Assembly: GCF_000150275.1 (NCBI RefSeq)
Contig: NW_002060953.1
Coordinates: forward strand, 369,082-433,081
From: Trichoplax adhaerens
Taxonomy: Eukaryota > Animalia > Placozoa
Direction of reading: 5' to 3'
Length of the DNA: 64,000 nt
Numbering within the stretch: position 1 is the stretch's first letter; each line of letters starts with the position of its first letter. The notes under the pieces are model-generated. The model saw nothing but the letters and a program-made list of their open reading frames with translations, did no database searches and was not told the origin of the DNA. The position numbers were made by a program, and so were the translations under genes. Shown here in pieces: positions 1 to 22,027 of this stretch.

Positions 1-552
1 TCATCGTTAGAATAAATTATTCCCCCATTGAATTTGTTGTTAACATGCTGGATGTTGCTCCTTCATAGAGTGCGCTAAATATTATTCAGACATTCAGTAA
101 AACTGTTGTATTGCACGTGGTATAGTGTAAACTGCGATATAGCATTACAGTAGAATACACTAATTTGATATTCTATTATAACAGATATAGGACAACCTAT
201 CTGTTTCTCTACCGACATATCAATATTGTAGGCTACTGTCATGGTCGTATAATTGTTGTTATTGCTAATACGTATATTAATGGATGCACTGCCATTGCAG
301 AAGTAAAGTACTACCGTACGGTACTTGATCCATTCCACTATTAATACTCGTATAGCACTTGTAAAGATAAATTTGGTAAATAACGTCTATAAAATGATAT
401 CAAGTTATAAAATACTATCAGACGATATACCAAATTAATGGAAGTACTTTGTAATCTCCTTCATTTGTAATTATTCTTGAATTTCTCCTTAACCAATAAT
501 GTAAAGTCTGTAATTTTAACCATGATCAACAATATCGGCCTTCCAATTTTAG

Positions 553-3500
553 GGAGAAAAAGACATATTCATTGATGGATTTGCTGCCAGAAATAGGGCT
601 TTAGAAGGTGACATTGTGGTAGTACAAATTAATCCTAAATCTGAATGGAAGGTAAAAACTACATCATTGTATCAATTATGAATTTAGTTTGCTCATGCTA
701 TTTTAAAACGGATTGATGAGGATATTTGAAGCAGAAGAAATGGGTCGCCTTTTCAATGTCTTCAATCTTTTTTAACAGACAGTTGACAACTTTGAATTTC
801 CGATAAGCGATGTTGAATATTTAAGCCAGCCTATGGAAGATGACCATGATGCTTCTGCGTTATCTGCTCAATTGCAAAATAAATTAGCTCTAGTTAAGAA
901 TGACTCTGAACCAACTATCAAAAATGATCAACCATTGCAAATGACTGGCAAAGTACGCATAAATGAATCAAATTGTTATCTCAAGACAAAGAATAGCACT
1001 AAATGGATAAAAGCTTAACTTATTATTTGTACATTATACTGATCCATGACTAGTAATATGAATACTTTCTAGCATTATCGTAACCCTTGATAAATAATGA
1101 TTTAGGTGATATACATCAAAGAAAAAAAGCGTTCACGGAAAACCTGTGGCCTTCTACGGAAAGAAAAAAAGGTAAATTGCAATTATGACTGGCCATATTT
1201 AGTTATGCAGTAATTCTGCACTACTTCATTATTATGATCGGTATCTAACTTTAAATTCCTAACTAAATCAATTGCTAGTTATGTGCTAAATGATTGTCAC
1301 AAAGTAGCTCTATGAACTATTCCCAAACCAATTCACTTTGGAAGGCTTTCCAACTAACTTAGGAAATTTACAGTATGGAAAACGAACTTATTCCTTGACT
1401 TCAGGGAATAGTCCAACTAATGCTAGTGGTTAATTGCTTTTATTTTACTAGTCTTAATAGTCCTAAATGATACTACTGTACGCTATATAACTCACAGGGA
1501 ATTCAGCTTATTAATTAGCTGGTTCTTCTTATATAGTGCATGATCAGATCCCTAGTGCAAAAACATCTTTCATAGATTATTTAATTTATATACTTCAGTA
1601 TAGGAAATATATTGCAATATTTGGTATAACAAAATAATAATCAAATGTTGCAAGGTAAACTTATTAGGTTATTATTTAGCACTTCATTAATTAGCACATA
1701 AACTTCGCAGTTCAGTAATTAGTATCAAACAACAATTGCCGCTTTACATATATTAGAGTAATCGTAATCGATTAACAACTACCATTTGTTATCTGGCTCC
1801 GATCAGCACATCAATCTATAACGAAGTATTGTTTTTCTTTATAATAAAAGTATTTTATCAAATATATGGAGCGAGCTCCGTAATAATGATGTAATCACAA
1901 CTTTTTCTCCTACAGCCTAACGGACACGCTCTATTTATACCACGCGACCATCGCATACCGCGTATTAGAGTGCCCTTAACTCAATGCCCAAAAGGTAAAT
2001 CTAGACAGATACGACATGATAACTTATTATTACTGCTATAATCAACCTTATTATCGATGATTTAGATTTTCAGAAGTCATCAGAGGAACCCTATCCAGAT
2101 TTATTTTTTGTGGAAATTGTTGAATGGAAAGCAACAACTCATTTTGCTTTGGGGTACAACCTATCTGTATTACTATCTTATTAAATATCCATCATTAATG
2201 TTGAACCATTGTTACAGAAAAGTGCTAAGACGATTTGGGCGAGAAGGTGAAATAGACTCTGAAACGCAGGCTATCCTAGCAGAATATCAAGTAGATACAT
2301 CTCCATTTTCGGATCAAGTAAGCAATTAAGAATTTACCGTATTGTCTATTCGACATCGCTGTTACACCATCAAGCTATGTCTAATTATAGTCACTGCTTA
2401 TTCTATCTCTCTAGATTTTAAAAGATTTGCCCTCTGATTGGCAAATATCGAAGGTATATAGATTTCCTACAGTCGATAAGTGAAAGCTTACTTTGCTTTG
2501 ATCAATCCGAAACTGATATTACTGTTGTCATAAATCTTGCATTTAGAAACAATTAAAATGCCGCAAGGACTTACGCTCATCATGTATATTCACCATTGAT
2601 CCAGCAACAGCTAAAGATCTTGATGATGCTCTATCATGCGAGCCGTTAGAGAATGGTATTATATACGTAGTTTATGATTATTATATTATACAGTACAGAA
2701 AGTAATCACTATGTTTTTGACAATGTGTAGGTAACTTTGAAGTGGGCGTGCATATTGCTGATGTCAGTTACTTTGTTCGAGAAAATACCCCAGTTGATAC
2801 GTTAGCAAGCAAAAGAACACTGACGTTTTACTTAGTTCAAAAGGTTACTTCTTATACTACTATGAGTATATACTCATTTTAAATTTTGAACATACTGATT
2901 TAAAGCAGGTAAACATTAGTCTAATGCTTTTTTTTACAATCTACATTTTATGTTTTAGGCCATAACTATGCTACCTCCAGCACTATGTGAAAATTACTGC
3001 AGTCTTAATCCGGGCGAAGTAAATATATTCGTCTATCATTTCATTTTGGCATAATTCAATACTTGGATTGACCCAACGTTTAACATTGATTTTTCTAAAT
3101 ATAGATAGATTCCTAATAATAGAATAATTAGCTTAAAGTAAATCGGCACGTTACTATACACAATATTAATGATAATATGTGTTTGTTTCTTGCTCTAAAG
3201 GACCGTTTAACATTTTCCGTAGTTTGGGAATTAACGCCGAACGGAAAGGTACTTACAAAACTTTATAGTTATGAGAATTACGCAAGTCAAACTGTAGCAT
3301 CTACTTTTGCTATACTATCGATATTACACTGCATTTTTGAAGCTAAAAATCTCATCAAAATTTTCATCAACTGTGGTGTATAGATAGTAAAGGAATGGTT
3401 TGGGAAGTCAGTTATACATTCATGTTGTAAAATGAACTACGACCACGCACAGGTAGAAATTTTAAATTAGATTGTTAGACATTTCTATTTACGCCTCATA

Positions 3501-5717
3501 TTATTCTTCGCTATTCTAAGAGTGTTCTGGATAATCCATCAAAAACCTGGACATCACAAGACTTTCCTCAAATATATGGTGAAATTGCTTATTCTATCAG
3601 ATTTTACTTCATTATACATCAAGTGTAGTGATGTCTTGATTCTATATCATAGCCTCTGTAACGAGCGACGAGTAAAACTAATAAGTATAAGTAAGCATTA
3701 AAAGTATTTCCTCATTTTCAATAATTAGGTGACCATACAGTATCAAAAATTGTCAGTGTCATATTAAATCTAAACAAGGTAAACTAAAAACAAAAGTATT
3801 ATTTCTTTCACTATACACTCAAAGTTTCTTGCTACTATTTCACAAGCTAATCTGTAAGTCCTCTTTTGAAGATTGCTCAAGAATTACTGAAAGGAAGGTT
3901 ATCATCCGGAGCCATAGAATTGAACCAGGTATTTCATAATTCCGATAAAAACTAAAGTGATATTATAAATTGAATGGATGTCTTCTACATCTTGGTCTAT
4001 TACGAGGCCTTCAATAGTAATGTAAACCCTAACAAACGTATGTAATTTAGCCAAAACAATGGTTCTCGCTTGACAGCGATTCTGGCTATCCAACGAGCTG
4101 TAAAACATATGAAATGAAAGAAAGTAATGGGTATTGAATACTTTCTAATATGATCAGTATTAGTTGAAAAACTTTTATCAATATTTGACGACTTTATAAA
4201 ATGTTGCTATGTAAATGTTCTTTCAGATTGGTAAAAGAATTTATGCTTTTAGCTAACATCTCAGTAGCTAAAAAAATCCTTACAGGTTTTACTAGCACAG
4301 CTTTCCTCCGTCGACAGCCATCGCCATGCGCTCAAATGATATCGAAAGTGGTTAGTAAGATACCCTACAAAATCGAAACAACGATATTAAAATTTAATCT
4401 AAATTTTATATGTACTATTTTTGCAGACTAATTACTGCAAGAACTTTGATATTCACTGTGATGGCGACAACTATCGTAGTCTTCAGGTTAAATATTTGGA
4501 AATTTTTATTGACTTAAAACCGTTACTGATGTCAATAATTGTAAAATTATAATGCAGGCTTCTTTATTAGCGATCGGAACGAACGATAAAGACGGTATTC
4601 ACACTCAGGCTGTGAGTCATATATTCTTAAGGGCTATGACGGTAAGCCTATACTACGGTACATGAGGAAATATATCGTACACTAAATAAATGACTTTAAC
4701 ACTTTCAAATTCGTATGATTTACAGAGAGCGGAATATTTCTGTAGTGGAACATTTGAATCTCATGATAGCTTCAAGCATTATTGTCTAAATATTCCGTTA
4801 TATACACATTTTACGTCACCAATTCGACGTTACCCAGATATTATCGTCCATCGACAATTATTTAACTTATTAGGTAAACTTCTACTACTATGTTAATTTA
4901 AATAAAGCGGTGAATAAACTTTTAGTATTCAAATTCCACCTCACTAGATAATGCTATAATGATATAATCACTACCTTTTAGAAGGGAAATCACAAGATAA
5001 TTCTATGATCACGAATACAGCAAAACTAGAATCTATAGCAAAAGTTTGCAACGAACGAAAGCTAGCTCAGTTTAATGTTGGCAAAAAGAGCTCCGAATTG
5101 TTTTTCTCCTTTTTTGTCAGAAGTTGCGAACCTCTACATGAAGATGCAATAGCTATATCTTTATTAGATAGTTCTTTTGATGTTTTATTAGTTAAATATG
5201 GCTTAGTTAAAAGAGTTTATTGCAACGTAAGTAAAAGTGATTCGATTTTGATATTTGTAAATGTTCATTGATTAAATCATATTTAGGATTGCTGCTATTT
5301 GTAAATGACCTAACTTAGGTATCATTTCATGCTTTCAGAACGTTCACCTGGAAAGCTGGAAGCTGACTCGAGTACGTAAAAAAGCTAAACTAATTCTATA
5401 TTGGAAAACAACATCAACTAGCAAAGGATTTCCGCAGGTTTCAACCGTATTATTCAAAATAAATAATGCACAAGCATTTCCTTCAGTCTTAACAAAACTT
5501 GACCGTCTATTACATTTCAGGAAATTTCTCTATTCTCGAAATTAAACGTTATCGTTGAAAGTGATCGTCAACAAACACTCGGATTCATGGTAACACACGT
5601 TTATTCATTTGAGTAGTAACTGCTGAGCGAATAATTATATCACTAGTAACGTTACTCCTGATGTATTTCCCCCTTTGCATTTAGGTCCATTTACAGCATC
5701 CTAAAGTTACTGCGTAA
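553..5717 (+). CDS. DIS3L2: DIS3-like exonuclease 2 (RNase II/RNB family), multi-exon, 5' end outside the window
   Basis: GT-AG exons splice in frame: 553-651 [24 protein letters not shown] (cold-shock domain), ~2547-2655 [18 protein letters not shown] (RNB catalytic aspartates), [54 protein letters not shown]. Last exon 5685-5717 ends [13 protein letters not shown]. Confidence 0.92.
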
Positions 5718-6161
5718 GCATAAAACAAAATCGAACATTCATATATTTAAATGAAAGCAGATATGAAATAAATAAACTCCAACTCAACAACATTGGCTTA
5801 TCAAGGACGTATTGCATACATTCTACAACAAGATTAAATAGTAATCCTATGAATACGTAATTCCGGATTTATCCTACAATCGGTCTCGTTGCAGTCACAC
5901 CAGCATAAACATTTCTTGTAAATCATTTCATCCAAACGTTATATTTCCAAAATGTTGTTATGTTTATTTAGTTTAATAACATTACATTTTATTGCAATGA
6001 AATAAACTATAGGTGACTAATGTACAAATAAAAATAGCTATCTATGATCCATACGATAAGAACTTCCCGATGAAGTTGATAATTTTATTGCCACTTCTGC
6101 ATCTCGTTTTAATGTCTGTCTTCTCATTCGGTGTACTAATTAAAAAAGTCTATTAAACTTC

Positions 6162-9100
6162 TTATCGATTTCTTCGGACTTCAACACCCAACTGTAATTC
6201 GACAGCCGATCTTACGCGGTCCTATTTAGCAAGAGAAATATCACATAGAGTAAAGCCAAATTTACAATAATAAGTATTATCCACTTTCCAATATTTTCTA
6301 GAATTTTAATACTTGACTCCTAAATATCAGTATCGTAATAGCGCTCAAACCTGTATTACATTCATTTCTTCATTCGTAAGCGTCCTTCAATAGCAAAGAA
6401 AAAATAAGTATTCTACAAGTAGTTGAAAGATTCGATATTTCTTCAAAATACAGAAATTAATCGTACTGTACCTATCCATAGATCGATATGTTAATCTATA
6501 GCAATGACTTTGTCGTCCGGTCTTAGCATCAGTATAATCATCAACCTACAATACGATTGAAAACAGCTCTGGTTATTTCATACGACTAAAAAATTGATGA
6601 AGTTTTAGTGTTAATTTTAACAAAATAGCTTCCATTACTCACTAATGAAACTTGTTCTACCAAATCACCTCCGACGCTTCTCACTACGTCACAGAAACTG
6701 AATAAAATTACATCAAATTAAACTTTACAATTAATACACCATTAGTTGCATTACGTATGACAGAATATGACATACTTATTTAAAGAAAATGCTGGTGATA
6801 GCCAAAACGAAATATCATTGTATAGAGGTGGATGTATGCTAAAAGGCTACAATAAGAAAAATAACAGTGTTAATCCAGCAAGTTATTGTTAAATCGATCT
6901 CGAGTTGAATCAATTAGAACAGGGCTAACATCACGCTATCTGACCTTAAACTTGACATTGCTAATGACATCATCCACTTTAAACTGCGATAAAAAACGCT
7001 CGTCTTTGCTACGATAAGTCAGCAATAATACGTCATGAAATATATAATCACCCAAAATCAAAACATAAGTAAAAATTAGCATTATAGCAGTACCTCCAAA
7101 ATAATCTGATATCTGGAATATCAAATAGAATCATTGCTATCCTTTCGATTCCAATTCCAAATGCCCAACCTATCCATTACGAGCAAATTTATAATATCGC
7201 TAATCATAGTACGGTAGAAATTAATTGTATAATATCATGACGAATACTTTAAAATATTAATGAATAACGTTAAGCAGAAGTCAAGTACCAATTTTGTTAG
7301 AAGCTCCTATAAATAAGTAAGTAAACACGTAGTAAATTAGTCTATATCAATGAAATCATATAATACTGCTTTATATCCTATCTTGCCTCCTTTTACTAAA
7401 GTGTTGTGGCTCATTATGCCGCAGCCTAAAACTTCCAACCAATCGCCTTGAAATTTAATTTCCATCTCCCATGATGGATGTGTGAATGGAAAATACTGAA
7501 AGATTTTATACAATAAATATTTCTATTAAGAACGATATACTGTAAGATATAATAATATCAAAAATTCGTTAATTTCTGAAACCCTTTACCAAATGGTTAG
7601 ATTACAGTAGCGAAGGCATACAACCACAACAATAAAACATGTATTATATATGGTAGCAAAGCAATAATCTTACCGCATCAACAAATCTAGTTTCTATATT
7701 ACCAAACAGGTTATTCATAATTCCTGTGTAATAAATAGATACTTTGACTTAGCAGGCAAACAGCTATATGCCTTAAAATTGAAAATTATGCTTAAGTGCC
7801 GGCAGTCATACCCATTAAAATTTCTTTTAAATCATTCTCTACAAATTTTACAGCTTCTATAAATCCAATAATATAAGTCTCAGTTTAATAACAAAATACA
7901 CCATAATTTTAAAGCAAAGATAATGCTTAGAAAAGTAACAACTCTATACGCACCCAAGCTATGCACAGCCTGTTTCTCTTCAGTTTCTTGCATGGAATTA
8001 TCGAAAATGTCTAGATTTTTATCTTTAGTAAAAATCTAAGTATACGAATAGTTAATAAAAGGCACATTATCGAATGATATACAAGCGTGCATTTAGGAAT
8101 ACTTGTACGATACTTACATCTTGTTTATCAAATAATCGAACTCCTTCCATTTGATGAAACACAGGGTAATGTTTTGCATCAATCTCATCTGCAGGTATAA
8201 TAAGTTATTAGCCAGTGACACTAACTTCAACTTATTAATTAATATTCATAATCCTACAGTATTAATAGCTGACCTCTCCTATAGCAATCTCCAGTACACA
8301 AGAAAGCGTCTAATCCGGCACGTACAAGATCACGCTATTAAACCATTGTTTAAAACGTTACGGAAGGGCACAAATTTTATTTCTAAGCATTCTAAAACCT
8401 ATCCTAAATATGATGCTATCGCACAGATTTCCTATCCAGTCACATCTTGCGTGACGTATTATAAACCTACCTCATGAGCGGAAGTATGAGCTCGAAGCAA
8501 ATAGTCTGAATTAATCTAGAAATGATTCAAAATTGCAGGAAGACTGTTTAACATTTTATGCACGATTTTATAGATTGTACAAAAATCGTGTAATAGCAAA
8601 ATCTAACACACAGTCAACAGGATTGTATGATGTAAAACCAATCTTACATAATAATTGTCATTCTTAGCTCGTGAAACATGATCCTGAGGCACGCTTAAAC
8701 TATCGAAATTTTGTTCAACAGAGACCACTGAAAGAAAAAATTATACAATCGACAATGTAATACTTAATCGATAGTCTATGATGGAGCAAAAAGTAACCAT
8801 ATCAACTTAGGTTATTCATATTTGATCAACTTACCTGGACTTAAGTTATCAATACATGTAAATAAAGGAGACCCAGTTCTTTTTCTGTATATTGCATGAA
8901 CATATTGCTCGATATGATCCTAAATAATAAAGAAAGGAACTGTCGCAGTTACTTAATAAGTCCATGACGAGCAAATATTTTTTTACCACAGTACAGTCTT
9001 CTTTCGTAGTTAGTTACATTAGAATAATATGACTAAGCTATGCAATAATTTATCTGTAGAAGGTTAGTTTTCCTTATGTATTAACTGAAGCAGATGAGAT

Positions 9101-10060
9101 TCAGTGATAAAACTAAAATCATAAGACTAACTATCTATTCGTAAAAAAATTTAATTATGAAAGGCTAGGTTGCCGTCCATATATTTACTGAAGTAAGACT
9201 TAATGATTGATAGACAGTAAATTAAATTCTATACACTATCGATTAATCCAATGTGGAAGAAAAATGAATGCTTTAACTAACTAACTAAGGTTACTAGTTA
9301 AAAAAGGTTCCGCTAGTTTGAAAATTCTTTCTTAATGTTTTACTAATTTTGATAAGTAGCCTTATTAATAACCTTGATTGCTTTTAATGGATGATAACGT
9401 TGGCAATGCAAATTCGCTCCAACTTTGGCTGAGATGGTTGGAGTTATGTTTGTCATATCACTTTGAAGAAAGGACCGGTCGCAAATAGTGATGGATGGCT
9501 TTGCTGTAACGGTTTAAAGAATTTTTTCAGCACGTAAATAGGAAGATTGATATTAGAGGAAAATAACGTTATAGTAAAGAACTATACGTGAGTCTATGAC
9601 CAAAACCTATCTATACATTACTCAAAGTAGCAATAATTTATGGCATCAATTCCCTAATTCATTTACTTTAAATAGTTGAATAGAATTAAGCGTGAAATGT
9701 ACGGGGCAGTATTAGGAGAAATTATGTAACTAGTACTACGCCGATTGTATAGTCAATTACCATAGGTATAAAATGTTTCAATTTCCTGATGGATTACATG
9801 AATCGTATTCACATTAACTGTATAGCATTTTCCCATTATTGCAAGCAATTATATTCACAGTTGCAAAAACTACTAGTCACAATAACTTTACTACATTATA
9901 AGATCGCCGTGCTTTCCCCTGTACTGGCAAACTCTGCTACAATCGATCTTGTTTTATCAATCTAATTTATACCTTCCGTCGTTAACCAGTGGCATCGTAT
10001 CGATTTAATTCTTGAGCTAACCAATCTAGCAGAAATACCAATACGAAATGTGGCAATCAT
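6162..10060 (-). CDS. FARS2: Mitochondrial phenylalanyl-tRNA synthetase, multi-exon
   Basis: ATG at 10060 begins an Arg/Ser-rich presequence-like [22 protein letters not shown]. Spliced motifs: [85 protein letters not shown], and C-terminal anticodon-binding domain [22 protein letters not shown] at 6162-6164. Confidence 0.95.
7307..7386 (-). other. GC-AG intron in FARS2, directly upstream of an 18-nt microexon (7289-7306)
   Basis: Donor GGAG|GCAAGA and acceptor TTTATAG give the ungapped reading [18 protein letters not shown], matching the family spacing before GWAFG. Confidence 0.75.
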
Positions 10061-11481
10061 CTAAACGAAAATAATTATCGAAAATTATTATGTAATAACA
10101 TTACAAATTATTTTTATTAAAATTTCACGTTGTATTGATTAATGAATCCTAAGGTTGTAATGCACTACATTGATGTTAAAGGAAGAAACCTGTAGCAACT
10201 AGTTTATGTAATCCTGAAATTATTTGTATTAATGGATGATTAGCCTTTAAGTTACTTTCTTCATAATGAAGAAACCACCGTTGTGATTGATTTTTTATAA
10301 TGTACACGCTTAAATTATAAATTATTCCTTATCGTGAGGTAGTGCAGCACCATCCAGTGTATCAAAGTAATGAGTAACTCCCGATTGATCTAAAAATGGA
10401 TGATGCGGGAAGGAAGGGGTATGGCTCAACGAAGCTAGCTAACTAGTCTGCAAAGCACATACAGAATATTGTCAGCATAATCACTCCATGCTAGACAATG
10501 CTAACGCAGCCTATGCATGCATTTTACAGCTACTCTAATTTGCAATTCCTACTTCATTTTTAAACCTATCCTTTCTGAATTTGCATACAGTATATCCACG
10601 GTATCTCTGTTGAGCTCTACTCTAGTAGCAACTTGAAAATTCCGTCGGGTGGTGTAAGTAGCAGTAATTTATTGGCAGTAAGCATGGGTGATCGTTGCAT
10701 TGCTACGTTTAGCCATCACAATTTTCTACTACTTGTACCACCCATTGGTGAGCCTTGTTGCAAATACAACAACTCGAACTAGTCTGCTAGTCGTGGTGAA
10801 AAGGAAAGATTGACAGAGAACTATAGACGCAAATGACACAAGAGTAACCAGCCATTAATTAGCCTTACAAGCTTAACTCACTGCCTAACATGAACAAATC
10901 TTGTAGACATCTTCCATATCTTGCAGTTATGAAGTACTCAAGTTTCATCAGCCAATAACATCGCATGAGCTACTTCATGGATCAGCTTCTTATCGAGGGG
11001 GTAGAATTTAAATTGAACAAGGAATGATACACATAACTGCACTACAGTCACGAATGATGCAATACACTTCAAAGAGAGCAGCTAAACTAGCTGCCATTAC
11101 TAATAAAATCTTCTAAAGGTATTCCATATTCTCCATTTCAAAGATCTTGCATCTGCCAGCTGCATCAAGCCTAGCAGACATTGCAAAGCGATCTCGAAAG
11201 CTTGGAATATGGTGATTAATTCAATCTAAAAAGTCATCTATCAATGCATAATGGACAAGAGCAGTTCTTTCTTACCTTCTTAATAGAATCCAATAGTCCC
11301 AATGAGCTCCAGTAAGGAATTCGAGGCAGCTAGGAGAGAAATATGGAGAAACTAATTCGCAAAATTTGCTCTTAGCTAGAGATGAGCAGACCTAGTCTCC
11401 ACCGAGTAGTCGTACTAGAAATGATCTCTGCCTTAATTAACTCTGTAGTCTTATTACTATGCTATTGTATGCAACACTTAC
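10061..11481 (-). other. Probable 5'-UTR intron of FARS2
   Basis: The start codon is directly preceded by an acceptor (TTTTCGTTTAG|ATG). A consensus donor TAG|GTAAGT lies at 11481, next to a CpG-richer patch (~11500-11640) that looks like a promoter. Confidence 0.55.
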
Positions 11482-12242
11482 CTACCATACAGGATAACTG
11501 GAGACTTTGGCGCGTGAGTGTGCGCAATAGAGTACTGCGGTAGACAGCTGTGTGCGAAATAATGTGTCACCTCGTAACCACCTCACGAACAGTAGCAGAC
11601 AGCCAAAGAAGATAAAAACGAGATCGAAAGGCGACATATCATTTTGCACAACACTCTGCTACTAGTAGAAAGCAACACCTGGTGGAAATGGATGCCTAGC
11701 TCTCTTCCTAGAAATCCATGGCAATAATGGCATAGCGCAATGATTGTAAAATATATCCAGTAATCTCTAACAAGAATAGAATAATCTCAGCTTTAGAATG
11801 CTGCACTACCAGTATGTTGACAAATATTACTTGGGTTAAACGGTCTCTGCTTCGAGATCATTCTTGGATGGCTGGATGGGGCTGAGGTCAAGATGATCTT
11901 CAGCCATTGCTTATAAGAATTCTTTTGCAATCAAGGAGTTTTAAGTTTACTTTTAGCCAGTAAAAATAGTGCAAGTACACTGTTTCATCAGGCCAGCCAT
12001 CATCTATAATTACTTTACTAGCATAGCCGTCTATTCTAGGTCACATAGTGCTATTACTTCATATTCCTGTCATGATGATTTGAAAGGCTAACACGATCAT
12101 GGATGAAATCGCTACACTGTTCATTTCACTTATAAATAGTAATATAGACGTATTCTATCGTATAATTAATTAACGAATTGAAGCCACAATGGCGGTATAA
12201 CAGACTTCAGATATAAACAATGCAATCATAAATAGCAGCTAT

Positions 12243-12805
12243 GCAGCTGCATTAATCATGCAAACAGTATTTGCTTTGAATGCTATAAAATGTCCAGATC
12301 AAAAATGGGAAAATTGCAATATATACCCATTTGCATGTTGTGTTTTGCTCCGTATTACTATCGTGATGATTTTAAAATAATTTCATCTAACGCAGACTTC
12401 ATGAACGATGTATTCATGATTAGCAGCTGCATCAATCGTGCAAACAGTATTTGCTTTGTAAGTTATAAAATGTCCAGATCAAAAATGGGAAAATTGCAAT
12501 ATATACCCATTTGCATGTTGTGTTTTGCTTCGTATTACTATCGTGATGATTTCAAAATAATTTCATCTATCGCAGACTTCATGAACGATGTATTCATGAT
12601 TAGCAGCTGCATCAATCGTGCAAACAGTATTTGCTTTGTAAGTTATAAAATGTCCAGATCAAAAATGCGAAAATTGCAATATTTGCCCATTTGCATGTTG
12701 TATTTTGCTTCGTATTACTATCGTGATGATTTTAAAATAATTTCATCTATCACAGACTTCATGGACAATGTATTCATGAGCAGCAGCTGTATCAATCATG
12801 TAAAT
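12243..12805. repeat. 180-bp tandem repeat, ~3.1 copies
   Basis: GCAGCTG(C/T)AT(C/T)AATC recurs at 12243, 12423, 12603 and 12783; ATGTCCAGATCAAAAATG at 12290, 12470 and 12650. Confidence 0.95.
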
Positions 12806-13165
12806 TGTACTTATATTATAAATTAGGATTAAACTCCGTGAGGTCAAACAAGATAAAATTGCAAAAATAATTTATCTTTCATCCTAACCACTGCGATATT
12901 ATGCCAACCTAAGTAGCGCTTTCTACCTGAAACTACCATTCAAGCAGATCCATTTTTATACTGATCTAGCATGGAACCATGATTGAATCATTTAATAGCT
13001 GTTAAAATGATGTGAAAGGATTTTTAAATATAGTTCTTGCATCAAGTAGAAATGGTCAAAAAGGAATGATGTCAATGATCATGATGTGGCTCTTATACTG
13101 AATAATATCAATATGAAACCATTGATGTTATACACGTGGAGTAGTGTATTTTTGCATTATCGATG

Positions 13166-13294
13166 GTAGACTAAATCAGATCATTTTCACCAATGCCAAC
13201 GTGGAAATGAATCCTAACCTGATACAGTAGACTAAATCAGATCCTTTTCACCAATGCCAACGTGGAGTGGAAATGAATACTAACCTGATACAGT
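13166..13294. repeat. ~61-bp tandem duplication
   Basis: GTAGACTAAATCAGATC...CACCAATGCCAACGTGGA...CTAACCTGATACAG at 13166 and 13227; second copy has a 5-bp GTGGA stutter. Confidence 0.9.
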
Positions 13295-14676
13295 ATATCA
13301 ATCTTCACCAGAATCATCCAATGTGATTGATTGACAATTTTGCTAGCTACTGATGACAGTGCCAAAGTCCATTAAACAATCATCAATAATATACAGATTA
13401 GCAAGAAAAAATTTTATTCTATTATATTTCAAATTGAATTAAAAGATCCAAAGAATAAAAGGAGAAGCAAAAACATACGATACCAATAGATTGTACTTTG
13501 GTCAATATTAAATGAATAGACAGACGTACACTGTTACCAAAGTGACAATTCAGTAAATATTCAGATACTGTATATCATATTTAGCTAATGTATTAGAACG
13601 ACAAGACCCAACGTAAAATTGCAAAGGGATCGATCTTACGTTCAATATTTGAGGTGTTCATGTTGTTAAAACTGATTAGCGAATTTATCATAACAATTTA
13701 AAATAAAAATACTCCCCCAATGGCAAAACATCTTGGCACGTACAAGTTTTCAACCTAATTAGATAAGTATACTTTTTTTTTTAAGATATCATGTAAAGCA
13801 TTGAAGGATGATACTGTAATATATCAAAGTTTGTTATGATCAAAAAAACAACATGTAGTAAAATCCAACGCATAGGTGTGTATAACTCAATAATGAAAAT
13901 TCTGCACATGCTTTAATAATCTAAAGCCATATTAGCTAGCATCGTAAATGGAAAAAAATGATCAATGCTCAGCTACAGTTATGTATTGGCGATAGATAAA
14001 ATCCACCAAAAGTCATTTATACAATAATTCGTTCGCATTGATGTTAACGTGTTTGTACTGATATATATGTTTGACGTATTGCAGAATGTATGACAATTCT
14101 ACTGACAGTTTAACAACAACAGCAACCAATTGAGCTCAGTAGACAGCATTATTAATGATGATGATGTATTGTGTCCAAACGGTGGACAAATGAAAACAAT
14201 TTCACAGTTCCCTTAGCACAAATAGTAACGCAGTAACATACTACAGTCTTTAAAAATACACTTTCCGATACTATCATTTAGAAATCTACAATTCCTTAAT
14301 CTTGTAAAATTGTATACTATGATATATTAGCAGACCCTCATCAATATCAAAGCAAACCAATAAGATAAAAATGGCGATCAGAATAAAATCTCTAGAAATA
14401 AAAGCTACCTTCTCGACTAATGAATGAGCACTGCTATCCAGCAACCATAACATAAGCCTAATAAAAGTTGCATTTACCTTGCTACCATGTAACTAACCCA
14501 AAGACAACAAAAAATGAATTTTTAAAGCCAGGAGATAGTAATGCTAATTAAGTTAATGATTTATAAAGCTTAAAAATACTTCCATCCCGAGTACCATCAG
14601 TAAATGAAAATCATAGCTTGCAATCGACATTGAACCAACTTCAAAACTATAGTATCTTCAATTAAATACATCCATT

Positions 14677-22027
<7,351 letters not shown>

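Noticed and set aside
10940-11080. Minus-strand frame containing LIHEVAHAM (HExxH-like)
   Set aside because: Short, bounded by stops, no ATG, inside the probable FARS2 5'-UTR intron; likely chance.
12290-12826. 178-aa ORF of three 60-aa repeats
   Set aside because: By-product of a 180-bp (multiple of 3) tandem repeat; no recognisable domain or gene context.
14105-14220. Possible alternative Ras C-terminal exon ending GCCCC*
   Set aside because: In-frame stops just upstream and no suitable acceptor; better read as 3' UTR.
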